Assembly (NCBI RefSeq): GCF_006345805.1
Contig: NC_043006.1
Location: 10,664,001-10,728,000, forward strand
Direction: 5' to 3'
DNA from: Octopus sinensis
Taxonomy: Eukaryota
Length of the DNA: 64,000 nt
Every line of letters starts with the position of its first letter. The stretch's first letter is position 1. A model generated the notes under the pieces. That model did no database searches. It saw only the letters and a program-made list of their open reading frames with translations, and had not been told where the DNA came from. Below are positions 40,114 through 52,363 of this stretch, piece by piece. A program made the position numbers and the translations under genes.

Positions 40114-40150
40114 AGTTCCTAGAGTTTCGTGCGTTGGCACTCATCAAACT
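40114..40150 (-). ncRNA. Minimal hammerhead-like motif (probably inactive)
   Basis: AGU-UUGAUGA-GUGC-CAAC-GCAC-GAAAC-UCUA-GGA-ACU: perfect stem II, but C3U and GGA at the cleavage triplet. Confidence 0.5.
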
Positions 40151-40203
40151 AGATTGATAAATGGCAACGCACGAACTCGTGCACCGCCAGTGTAATCACC
40201 TTT

Positions 40204-40321
<118 letters not shown>

Positions 40322-40839
40322 GCGAATGTAAGGATTTTCATACATTCAGCGTGCCTACGAGCTACAATGCCTTTATTTTGAATTTTGTCTTATTTCTTTT
40401 ATGGTTTAGTTCTCATTTTTCTCCTCTTTGTTCATATATACGTTTATATACTTATCCTATACGTGACTTTTATTACTCCTTTTTTAAGAATGTTCCACTA
40501 ACTCATGTTAGCGTCGAAGCTTATCGCTTAGTTTAATAGTCTATTGGTTCTTTAACACCTATTATCTCTCCGACGTCGAAGTACAAAGGAATTTTATCGC
40601 CCCAACTGAGACTCTCATTTTCTTTGTCCTCCTCGCCTTCTCTACTTAGCATCTTCCTCCTATTTAATGATATCTGTATACAAACTGACTTTATTTCCAT
40701 TTAGCGCAGTGATTCTCAAAAAGGGGAAAAAGGGTACGCATATGAGATTTTGTTGTTAAAAATTTATGTGCAAAAAATTGATTATACATCTACAATACAC
40801 AATATATTTCAATTAGATAATACGATTCCTAATAGTATT

Positions 40840-40860
40840 TAATTACAAACATACTGTAAG

Positions 40861-40908
<48 letters not shown>

Positions 40909-41077
40909 TATATAAATACATATATATATACATACATACATATATATAATATATATATATATGTATGTATGTATGTATGTAATGTATGTATATATATATA
41001 TATATAATATATATATATTATATATATATATATATACATACATATATATATATGTATGTATGTATGTATGTAATGTA

Positions 41078-41109
<32 letters not shown>

Positions 41110-41242
41110 CATATATATATATATAATATATATATATTATATATATATGTATGTATGTATATATATATATATATAGATATATATATATATACATATATAT
41201 ATATATTATATATATATTATTATATATATATATATTTATATT

Positions 41243-41276
<34 letters not shown>

Positions 41277-41310
41277 TATATATATATAATATATATATAT
41301 ATACATATAT
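40840..41310. repeat. Long (TA)n/(TATG)n compound microsatellite
   Basis: Direct reading. Confidence 0.95.
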
Positions 41311-42628
41311 AAAATAAAACTTATATATGAAGAACGTGAAATTCACGAATTGAAAAACACGGAAAAACGGACAGTAATTCAGAGCCTTCATTCTTCAGTC
41401 AGAAACCGATTCATCATGGCAAATTTCGGCTGTTTAATTCTGAGATTTGCTCCGAAAAGGCCAGCCCCAAGGAAAAGCTAGGATCTTTTCAGTTTGAAGG
41501 CCAGATTTTCTTAGTTAACTAAACAATTTGAAACTTCGTATACTGGTAGAATGTGTCAAAAGAAAACATAATTGTAAACCAAAATGAAAACGGAATTGTA
41601 ATTTCTAAGTTTAACGTTGTTTAATAATTCGAATTTTAACCAATGATATTCTTTCTTTCGACCTCATATTATTTACTGCCTCTCAAAATATTGTTACTGT
41701 GACGTAAACAGCTATTTTGTGACGTAGTTAACGTAAACAGACCTACAGATTCGTTTGTAACGTAAACATCCGCTCATTGGCATCGTACACAGCTTTTTCA
41801 GTTCCCTAGAATTATATTTCAAAGAAAATAAAAATAAAAAGATTCATACGCATAAATATCCATCCTTAGACATCAGAAAATGAGTGTTTAAATTATTTTC
41901 CATTGTTTGCATTGCTTACACACACACACATACATACATACACACATACTAAAATTACATCGTTGGAGCAGTAATTTATTTATGTATTTTTTGTTATACA
42001 ATTTATTTTAAAGCTGAATCCCTATGCTGCCATTAGCCCCTTTCTTATAAAATAGTTGAAGAATCTGGGGTGTAGGTATTGGGCCAGTATTGGAACTTTT
42101 AACTTCTTGCTCTCTATCTTATGATCTCCAAAATTTAAGAATCTTGTGTTAACTCGGCTCTTATTATTTACTCTGACTCTGCCACCACTTCAATGCAAAG
42201 ACTATCAATATCAGAATCATCTTCACAACCACCACTACAACCATTACTACAACCTCGAATGCCACCACCACAACCATCTTCTGCAACCACAACCCCAAGA
42301 TCAATACCAGCATCATATTCAAAATCACCAATTTCACCACCACTACACTCTGCAATGTCTTCAACTCTACCATCCATGAGACATCCTAACATAATCAATG
42401 CTACTACTACTATCATCATTATCATCATCATCCACTGCCGCCACCACCACCACCACCTCTACAAAAACACCAACACTATAATTTCTGCCATCATACACAT
42501 CCACTGTCACCACTACGCCACCACTGCCATGATAACCACATCTACCACCTCCAACACCATTGCCACCACTATCTATGAGACATCCTAAGTTAGAAACTAC
42601 TTTCACTTTCTAGTGCTCTTTGAGTTTA

Positions 42629-43020
42629 TCTTTATATATAAAAGAGAGGTGTGTGTCTGTCTCCTACGATTTAGATTCCTAACTACTCCCACATTTTGCG
42701 GTGCAGTTTAACCAAAACCGGGTATCTTATAGTCGTGATTCATATGAGCCCTTCTGGGTATTAGCGCGCGTCTACGATGAGTCTACGATTTAAAAAAAAA
42801 ATTACCATCATTTTTTTCCATTTTAATGCATTTTTTGATATTATATAAGGGAAGTAACTCTCTAAAAATGTCTACGATGAGTCAACGATTTAAAAAAAAT
42901 TTACCCATTTTTTTCCATTTTTAATGCATTTTTTTTGCTATTTTTGGCTATAACTCTCTAAAAAATGCTTATATAGTTATTTCCCTTACAAATCCGAGCA
43001 ACGCCGGGCGATACTGCTAG
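42629..43020 (+). mobile_element. Non-autonomous Helitron
   Basis: 5' TC(tttatatataaaag); 3' GC-rich subterminal ccgagcaacgccggg then CTAG; inserted between A and T; internal ~100-bp tandem duplication. Confidence 0.8.
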
Positions 43021-43514
43021 TTATATCTAATCTATCTCTCTAAAAGATGCAAAGCAAGTAGCATTAAATGGTGAATGGATGTGAGCCAGAAAGAGAGTAG
43101 GTTCCATTCCAGTTTACAACAATTATAGAATTATTCTCAAACAAAATGAAGGGTGGAGAGGAGTGAAGGAAGAGTCATGTTTCCTCTGAGGGGTTACAGA
43201 AGTAATAAGCACTGAAAAGTGGAGTTTGCGTTATTATTTTTGTTTCATAGTTTACAATTATTTCTACAAATTCATTTTGACTTATCTTCAATCATGTTTA
43301 TAAACGTGACCGCTGTGCCGTCCACTATAAACATTGATTAATGTCCTATATTTAAGCGATAGACAAACACTTCAGCATATTATTTTTTGTAGAGAGTTGC
43401 GAGGGATCATTTCTATGAACGGGGTATCTGTACAACGGATATGACTACATCATTAATTGTGGAGTCGTTTAAAAACACGATGCAAGATTAAGTCAACATA
43501 GAATTTTTGAAACA

Positions 43515-43690
43515 ATCATAAATTGTTCTATATTTTAGAGATGAGGAATTCTCTACAATATTTACATTTTTTACATTGGACGGATATTTGTCCTCATCTT
43601 GTTTGTTGCTACCACAAAATTTCGGCTGATTTACTCTCCAGCCTTCATCAGGTGTCCTGGTAGAATTTTGAATCCAACCCTAGGTTCTAA
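43515..43690 (-). mobile_element. PLE-derived repeat with canonical hammerhead core
   Basis: Minus strand CUGAUGA-A-GGCUG-gagaguaaau-CAGCC-GAAA at 43651-43620. Confidence 0.6.
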
Positions 43691-43899
43691 GGTGCCACGC
43701 AGTGTGAATGAACCCGAAACTATGTGGCTGGTATGGCCGGTCAGGGAGTCACCTTTGCTTTCGCGCCTTTTACGTTCTTAGCCGTGGGAGACGTCTATAT
43801 TGCTAAGAGTATAAAAAGTGTGAAACCAATGGTAACGTCCTGACTGGTCGTAAACCACAACTACATTAGATATTACTACGATATATCTAAAAAAAAATT

Positions 43900-44125
43900 T
43901 ACTTGTCTCAGTCATTCGACATATTCTATCGGTTAATTTCGTCGAACTTCTAAGTTGCGGGGATGGAAAGGAAGTCAACAAGCGGTTGTCTGGGACAAGC
44001 ACGAAGCTAGCCCCTTCCGGCCCAAAACACGTATATACGACGGGCTTTTTTCAGTTTCCATCGTTCCAAATCTATTTGACCTAGTGACCAGGCAGCAAAC
44101 TTCTTGTCACACAGTCACTCCTACG

Positions 44126-44222
<97 letters not shown>

Positions 44223-44340
44223 ATGTATATATACACGTCCCCGTAGCTTAGCGTTTTGGAAAAAGAAACCGATAGAATAAGTGCTAGGGTTTCAAAGAGT
44301 AAGTCCTGGGGTCGATTTCTATAACTAAAAAACCTTCAAA
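43900..44340. mobile_element. Two SINE S1 fragments in opposite orientation around (TA)n
   Basis: S1 blocks on the minus strand at 43900-44130 and on the plus strand at 44235-44340. Confidence 0.7.
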
Positions 44341-44853
44341 CTCTGCTTGTTGTTCTTTCACCTGTCTTCGTCGTTTGTTTTCTGTAAATTTGAACTACAC
44401 ACACACACACTCACACACACACGCACACATACACACGCACACACATATATATATAGGTAAAAGATTAATGAGTGCGTGCGTTACATAATAATATCTTCAG
44501 ATTAAATAAAAAGACAACAAACGGAAAATATGACAACTATCTATATATATAATTAAAATAAACGTCTTGTAAATAAACAAACGAACACATACTAAATGCA
44601 CAGGCGAACAGAAAACACACAAGGTCACAAATTCTTCATCAGTTATCAGCAAGAGGAAAAAACGCAATATCGGGCTTTATCGATACTATTGTTTCTTTCG
44701 CTGTTCGCAAAAAGTTCGTATTCCATATTTTCGTATTTCGTATTTCCTGTTGTTTACCTTCTGTAACGTCCTGAACCCATATATGCATATGTATATACAT
44801 ATATATGTAAGTGTATACATACACACATACATACATACATACATACATATATT

Positions 44854-44913
<60 letters not shown>

Positions 44914-46198
44914 TTTCAACAAAATATTAAGGAATGACCCTGAGAAGGTCGTTCGACTCACTTGAAAAGAGCAGCTAAAACTCAAAACTGCAAAAATAGT
45001 AATTCTGAAACTAGAGGAAAATAAAAAACATTTATCCCCTTCAAACTTTGTACCCTGCAAGGTTTCAACATCTTCACGCAATCAAATTTAATTAAATTAA
45101 ATTAAATCCGTTTACGCTTGGCTTGTCTCGTCAGCAAAGTCACCAAAATAGGAGGCAGATATATATACACGAGGCTACACCATCTAGCCTCGGGTCTATA
45201 TATCGTAATTTTCGAATCACCGTAATCGCGCCATCTACTCCGCAGCAAATATAAGCTGCTGATACAAATTTCAGAATTAGTCAAAAATTCATTAATCAAT
45301 CAATATAAGGGTAACAAAAAATTCAAGAAATTCTAACTATAGAGCCTTATTGTTCTGTTGAGGAACAATGTTGTTTTATTCAACCGATGGCCTTCCCAAC
45401 ATTTGATTGATGTATTTTCCTCTTGACCCATAACCCTTCTAGTTTGTAAAGGGTTTAAATAAATAATATAAGGGATCTTTACCCTTTCAACGGCAGATCG
45501 AGAAATATATTTTTTGTAACTAAACACTTTCAACCTTCGGACACTAACCCTAATGTGTCATATAAAACATATTTTACTTTTAATGTTACTCTTGACCGCA
45601 TCGCCTTTAATCGAGCAACTCGACCCCGGGACTTATTCTTTTTGTAAGCCCAGTACTTATTCTATCCTTAGCCAATCATATTGTCTGTTTTCATTTGAAA
45701 TTATTAGCTGCATAGTGTTAATGTGACGTAGATAGCTATTTTGTGAGTGGGTAAGCAGTAAGCAAACAGCTGTGGTAGATGTGGTTATCATGGCAGTGGT
45801 GGTAGTGGTGACAGTGGATGTGTATGATGGCAGCAATTATAGTGTTGGTGCTTTTGTAGAGGTGGTGGTGGTGGTGGTGGTGGTGGTGGTGGTGGTGGTG
45901 GCGGTAGTGGATGATGATGATAATGATGATGATAGTAGTAGTAGTAGCATTGATTATGTTAGGATGTCTCATGGATGGTAGTGTTGGTGTGTGTGTGTGT
46001 GTATGTATGGTTCAAAACAGTTTGATTCAAATTCTGTGGTTCTTATATATTCATACATATATATACATGTAGATGTATATAACATATATATATTGTATGT
46101 AAACATCTTTTATATATATATAATGTATGCATCTATAATACACACACATTATAAATATATACACATATATGCATATGCATTAGAATATGTGTGTATAG

Positions 46199-46258
<60 letters not shown>

Positions 46259-47416
46259 TATATATGCATATGTTTGTATACATGTGTGTGTAGCTATTTA
46301 GGATCTACACAAATTTTATATATACTCCACGAAGTTTATGATAAGCGGAGATGTTTACATTTTAGTTAGCTATTTACATGTTTACGTTAACTACGTCACA
46401 AAATAGCTGTTTACGTCACAGTAACAATATTTTGAGAGGCAGTAAACAATATGAGGCCGAAAGAAAGAATATCATTAGTTAAAATTCGAATTATTAAACA
46501 ACGTTAAACTTAGAAATTATAATTCCGTTTTCATTTTGGTTTACAATTATGTTTTCTTTTGACACATTCTACCAGTATACGAAGTTTCAAATTGTTTAGT
46601 TAACTAGGAAAATCTGGCTTTCAAAAAGAAAAGATCCAAAAGCTAAGCTATGGGCATTAGATTTGCTTGGCAGAAGGAAAGAATGTGACAACCGAGACGA
46701 ATAGGAAAACAAGAGACGAAGATAAAATTGGAAACAGTAACGAATAAAAACAGGAATGATACAGGGGCGTCTTACGACTTTGAGACAACATGAGACAAAA
46801 CAATTGATCAGCAAGCGTGGGAAGCGGTTACCTTTTCGGTAGAGGACACATATATATACATAGAATGTCTATAGTGATCCAGCAAAGTAAAAAAAAAAAA
46901 TGTTTAAAACCTACCTTTCTTGGACGATTTACATACTAACAATTAATTTCATTGGTCATTTGATTTTGATGTTTCTTCTTTTTTGTTTTTCAGATTACCA
47001 TTTGTGCCGTGGCTATTATTCATGAAGCATTTTCTCATCTCCACGCGACAGTGAAGGTCTTATTACATTCAAGGTAATAGGACCAGAAGATGAACGAAGT
47101 TTTAGGTGTGTAACAAGTTATGTAGCAAACATTGTTTTAGCTGTGAATTATGTAGAGTATTTATTTACCTTTCTCATTTCTTACTACCTTGGAATTATAT
47201 TCTCGTCTTTAGCAATTACAGTTGCTAAACCGTGAGTTGGTTGGTGACGATCAGCTTATCCATACTTCTATTGATTTCTATATCGGACGAAATGTATAAC
47301 ATACAATGGCTAATGAACTCTTTATCGTACGCTGTCCACATTTTGAAATCTATAACAGTTGTGTACATACTTGAAGCTTACTAAATTCCTACTCCAGGAA
47401 TTTTTTAATTGTACTA

Positions 47417-47451
<35 letters not shown>

Positions 47452-48009
47452 TGTGTGTGTAAGTATATGTATATATGTGTATATATATGTAGAGAGAGAG
47501 AGTGTGTAGGAAGAGAGAAGAAGAGAGGAGGGAAATAGATAGATAGATAGAGACAGAATGATTGGGAGAGGAATAATAATAATAAGCAGAAAATAGGTAC
47601 GATATTCAATGCTTTATAGGAGAACACTAATGAGGTGTTGTACATGATTGCATAATGTTTCAACAACTATTAAGTAATAATAAGTGTGTGTCCAATAAAA
47701 CATTAGATACCATACCTGTTTTCTGCATATTATTTTTATTATTTAGTTCGTATTCAGCACTCTAACATATAGCAAAGTCGATACCCCGTGCCTTACTTGA
47801 CTGGAGTTGATTGTGGAAACTTCTACTGAGCTTAATTTTAGGTTAGCTGTCGCACTTTACAGTGATACTTTCATATATGAATATATACATATACATACAT
47901 GCACTATACCTACATACAAAAGTACCTATATACATATATACGTACATACATATAATCATATAATGATTTAGAATAGAGAAGAGAAATTGTGTACAGTTGT
48001 GGAAATTAG

Positions 48010-48300
48010 CTACCGAGCGGATGTTAACATAAAACTAAGGATCAATGAAAAGAAGAATACCTACGCTGAACTACTAAGAAATATACAGTTACTCTCTCCA
48101 GATTACAAGTTCAAGTCTATAACTTCAATTGTTGGGTCTTGGGATGTGTAAATGCCGATCTTGAAAATTTATTCTTCTCAAAACCAGAAAAGCGAAAGCT
48201 AATTCGAAGACTACATATCCAAACCATCGCTGGAAGTGTAAAAATCTGTAAAACTTTCTAGACATTTATCATTTAAATATATATGAGCATGTCTACACAT
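48010..48300 (+). pseudogene. R4-like RLE retrotransposon C-terminal remnant, with a partial second copy at ~48515-48640
   Basis: ADVNIKLRINEKKNTYAELLRNIQLLSPDYKF...IVG...KLIRRLHIQTIAGSVKICKTF. Confidence 0.6.
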
Positions 48301-49167
48301 GCATGGGGATATATACATAAAACAAAACATAAATCTGCACAAATACATACATATATACAAACAAAAATACTCTGCTGTTGTTGAAATTCTAATGAAGGAG
48401 GTTTGAATTTAGGTTAGAAACTGACTCTTACCCTATTGGCAAGAAATTTTTAAATGAAACTGAAAGACATACGTACATCGATACGTACGTACACTGCTTA
48501 ATTACCAATCTTAAGAAACAAGGTTTCTCAAAACCAGAAAGGAGAAAGCTGATTCGAAGACTACATATCCAAACCTATAAAATTCCGTAAAACTTTATGA
48601 TTTAAGTATATATGATTTCTTTAGCATGTCTAGACATGCAGCTATATGCATGAAAATGCATTCATAAAACAGAACATACAAATCTACAGACAGACATACA
48701 TACATACATACATACATACATACATACATACATACATACATACATACATAGGCGTAGGAGTGGCTGTGTGGTAAGTAATTTGCTTACCAAGGCGGAGAGC
48801 TGGCAGAAACGTTAGCACGCCGGGCGAAATGCTTAACGGTATTTCGCTTGTCGTTACGTTGTGAGTTCAAATTCCGCCGAGGTTGACTTTGCCTTTCATC
48901 CTTTCGGGGTCGATAAATTAAGTACCAGTTACGCACTGGGGTCGATGTAATCGACTTAATACCTATGTCTGTCCTTGTTTGTCCCCTCTATGTTTAGCCC
49001 CTTGTGGGTAATAAAGAAATAGGTAAGTAGCTTGCTTACGAACCACATGATTCCGGGTTCAGTCCCACTGCGTGGCACATTGGTCAAGTGCCTTCTACTA
49101 TAGCCTCGGGCCAACCAAAGCCTTGTGAGTGGATTTGGTAGATAGAAACTGAAAGAAGCCCATCGTA

Positions 49168-49210
<43 letters not shown>

Positions 49211-49214
<4 letters not shown>

Positions 49215-49560
49215 GATCAAAATAAAAACATGATGCCAAGGATTATGAGAGAAGAAAGAGATGGACGCTTCAATTCTATGCTGTTGCCGCATTATGTCGT
49301 ACGCGAATGAGAGGATTTGCATCCCCAACCAAGAATTTTTGATATAACACATGTCCTTGTGGAAGCTGTTGTGCGCGGCTGAAGAAGGCCACAGACATAC
49401 ATTATGCATTGTTATAAATCTGTCTAATAAAGGCCCGAAACATATGTACCGCTGAATCCTTGGCATCATGTTTTTATTTTGATCAATTTACTCCACCACC
49501 TACACCTCCAAACGGTACACACAGGTGCTTATAATTATCAAGTACTCACCCCGAATTTCT
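49211..49560 (+). mobile_element. PLE-derived/retrozyme-like cassette with perfect 34-bp inverted repeats
   Basis: aattgatcaaaataaaaacatgatgccaaggatt (49211-49244) and its exact reverse complement (49456-49489), plus a 70-bp tail before (TA)n resumes. Confidence 0.75.
49375..49452 (+). ncRNA. Type I hammerhead ribozyme (predicted)
   Basis: Stem I GCGG/CCGC; core CUGAAGA; stem II GGCC/GGCC extended by ACAGA/UCUGU; GAAA; stem III AC/GU with AUAU loop; GUA cleavage triplet ending at 49448. Confidence 0.75.
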
Positions 49561-50268
49561 ATATATATATATGTGTGTGTGTGTGTTTGTGCGTCTGTGT
49601 TTGTTCCCCCAACATCGCTTGACAACCGACGCTGGTGTGTTTATGTCTCCGTAACTTAGCGGTTCGGCAAAAGAGACCGATAGAATAAGTGCTAGGCTTA
49701 CAAAGAATAAGTCCTGGGGTCGATTTGCTCGACTAAAGGTGGTGCTCCAGCATGGCCACAGTCAAATGACTGAAACAAGTAAAAGAATACACGAATAATA
49801 CATACATATATACGTACACACATACACACATAAATATCTACGAGAGTTTCCAGAAGTATGCACACACAGATATGCCTTTATTTATTATTATGTTCTTACA
49901 ATTCCATAAAATTTATTCCGTATTTGTGTTATTGCAACCATCACACAACTAGTATAATCCAAATTTTATACATTTAATATTGATATATATTCTAATATAT
50001 AGAGCCTTCCATTTTTATATATATGTTATCGAATTTCTTAATGTTTCTTCACTAAATTATTATATACCTTTGATGAGCGTCTCAAGTGTTTCTTATATTC
50101 ATATATATAATCGGTGTATTTAATGTATTTATATGCTGCTAATTATCATAATCGTACGTATATTTGCATGGTTTCGTATTTGCTGTTTGTCTCGGTACAA
50201 TTACAGACTTATGTACATATGTATAGGCGCGCGAGTGTGAATATGTACGTGCGTATGTATGTATACGT

Positions 50269-50360
<92 letters not shown>

Positions 50361-50458
50361 ATACATACGTTTATATTATATATGTATGTACATATATATA
50401 TATATGCATATATATATATATGTAGATATGCTTGTGTGTATATGTATATAAATGCAAA

Positions 50459-50490
<32 letters not shown>

Positions 50491-50649
50491 GCTTTATAAA
50501 TGCTTATGCGTATATATTTTTCTGCAGGTGTATGCATAGATGAGTATATGTGTGTGAGTGGGTGTGTATATGTACATATATTTGTACATGTATATATATA
50601 TATATATATATATAAGCATTATATATAAGCATATTTCTTTAATCTTTTA

Positions 50650-51300
50650 TCATTTACTTGTTTCAGTCATTAGACTAGACTGCTGCGATACTGGGACATC
50701 ACCTTCAAGACACTTAGTCGAACAAACTGACTCCAGTACCGATCTCTTTAAACTTCGTATTTAATCTATTGGGCTCTTTTTCGGAACTGTTATGTTACAG
50801 GGAGGTAAACACACCAACACCGGTTGTCATATGTCGGTAAGAAACAGACACAAAGACTCGCGCTTGCACAATCACACGCACACACCCATACACCCACTCA
50901 TATTTATATATATATATTTCTTTACTACCCACAAGGGGCTAAACATAGAGGGGACAGACAAACGGATTAAATCGATTACATCGACCTAGTGCGAAAGTGG
51001 TACTTTATTTATCGACCCCGAAAGGATGAAAGGCAAAGTCTACCTCGGCGGAATTTGAACTCAGAACGCAACGACAGACGAAATACCGCAAAGCATTTCG
51101 CCCGGTGCGCTATCGTTTTTGCCAGCTCGCGGCCTTACCCACTCATATTTATATATATGTACGACGGACTTCTTTCACTTTTCGTCTACCAGACCCACTC
51201 ACCGAGATTTAGTTGGCCCATGGCTATAGTAGAAGACACTATCGTAAAGTGCCACGCAGTGAGACTCAACCCAGGAACGATATGGTCGGGAAGCACTGGT
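50650..51300 (-). mobile_element. Diverged SINE S1 split by a SINE S2 (50925-51135)
   Basis: S1 3' half, then S2, then S1 5' half; cccactcatatttatatatat repeated on both sides of the S2. Confidence 0.8.
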
Positions 51301-52086
51301 TATCTCTACCCATACCATTATGTTAATGGTTCATTACTGCAGAGCACTTTACGCATTTAGGAAAATTTAACTATAAATGTTTGCATGCAGTTTCATATTC
51401 ATTGGTCTCCTTAATTATTCTTTCGAGAAATGCGTAGTAAGATGATTAATAAAACAAAATACAAAGCGGAAATTACACTTAAATAGAATTCACTGGAAAT
51501 ATTTCGTCGTTAATGAATGAACTAAGAATTTTAATGATCGAAAATATAGGTTTAATGGAGAAAATTTTCCATTGCACATTAAAAGGTTGGTAGATTATTG
51601 CGAACGAACGTTTTCATAAAATCATAACGACAACAATTTGTTCTCACAGGAATTCAATCCATAGAGTTCTTTAAAAAATTCAGGTCAAATCGCTTGTGAA
51701 ATATTTATACTTTATACCAAGAATATAAGTCTCTGTTGAAGCTGACATATCCACAAAACTCATTTGCTTTGAAATAACATTACAGATACTAAAAAAAAAA
51801 AAACGAACACCAGGACCTATCACAAAATGAAGAGGCATAAACATTTGCTATCATATTTAAAGTAGACAGATAAATGTTTAGGGCCATGTAAATCCCATAT
51901 TTGATTTATAGCTGATCCCAAGTGTAGTCTCATTAATCTTTCAAAAACAGCAAAGTAGGTATAGTCATTAAATATATGTTAGATGCAATTATCTTAAACT
52001 TTTCCCTACTTATAGATGTCGTTTTATGGAAACATACATATATTATAAGTAATTGGTTTAAACAGTAAACATAATTGGATATTTAC

Positions 52087-52126
52087 CCAGTTTGACATAG
52101 AATTCAACCCATCCATTTCCAATCTC
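52087..52126 (-). CDS. Exon (40 bp, phase 0 to 1): EIGNGWVEFYVKL; Death-domain-like helix 1-2 segment
   Basis: gagcag acceptor and G/gtaaat donor; joins the 52337-52363 exon in frame. Confidence 0.55.
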
Positions 52127-52336
52127 CTGCTCTTAAATGATTTTAACCATAAACGCATACATAAAAGCGACGGACTTAAAAATATGTAGGGCTTTTTTTT
52201 TTCATTTTACCAGGTTTAGTATTCTCAGTTATGCTTGGCTTTGCTGTGTAATGTAGCAAAACTATTTTAAACCATATATTGAGGTAGTTTCTAATTAGTC
52301 ACATTTACTATAAAAACTTTAAAAAGATATACTTAC

Positions 52337-52363
52337 CTGAGTGATTTGACCTAAAACCGTGTG
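52337..52363 (-). CDS. Microexon (27 bp, phase 0 to 0): HTVLGQITQ
   Basis: cgttcgtttcag acceptor and perfect CAG/gtaagt donor. Confidence 0.55.

Larger units (their letters stand above)
41481..46637. mobile_element. 5.16-kb non-autonomous composite DNA transposon, ~260-bp inverted arms, 8-bp TSD
   Basis: Ends ggatcttttc...gaaaagatcc; TSD aaaagcta at 41473-41480 and 46638-46645; arm 41481-41739 is the reverse complement of 46379-46637. Confidence 0.8.
48750..49790 (+). mobile_element. SINE S1 carrying two nested insertions
   Basis: S2 at ~48791-49020 flanked by a ~19-bp TSD (ggtaagta..ttgcttac); hammerhead cassette inside its (TA)n. Confidence 0.85.

Noticed and set aside
42146-42606. His/Thr/Pro-rich ORFs resembling biomineral or beak proteins
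   Set aside because: Degenerate (CAC/CAT/ACC)n sequence open in several frames, and duplicated in inverted form at 45770-45980 inside a transposon.
48431-48460. Minus-strand exon-like segment with good splice sites
   Set aside because: Appears to lie in a dispersed repeat remnant between the two R4-like tails, and the joined peptide does not continue the Death-like pattern.
49098-49469. 123-aa ORF MMPRIQRYICF...
   Set aside because: It is the antisense of the hammerhead cassette and runs through (TA)n into a SINE.
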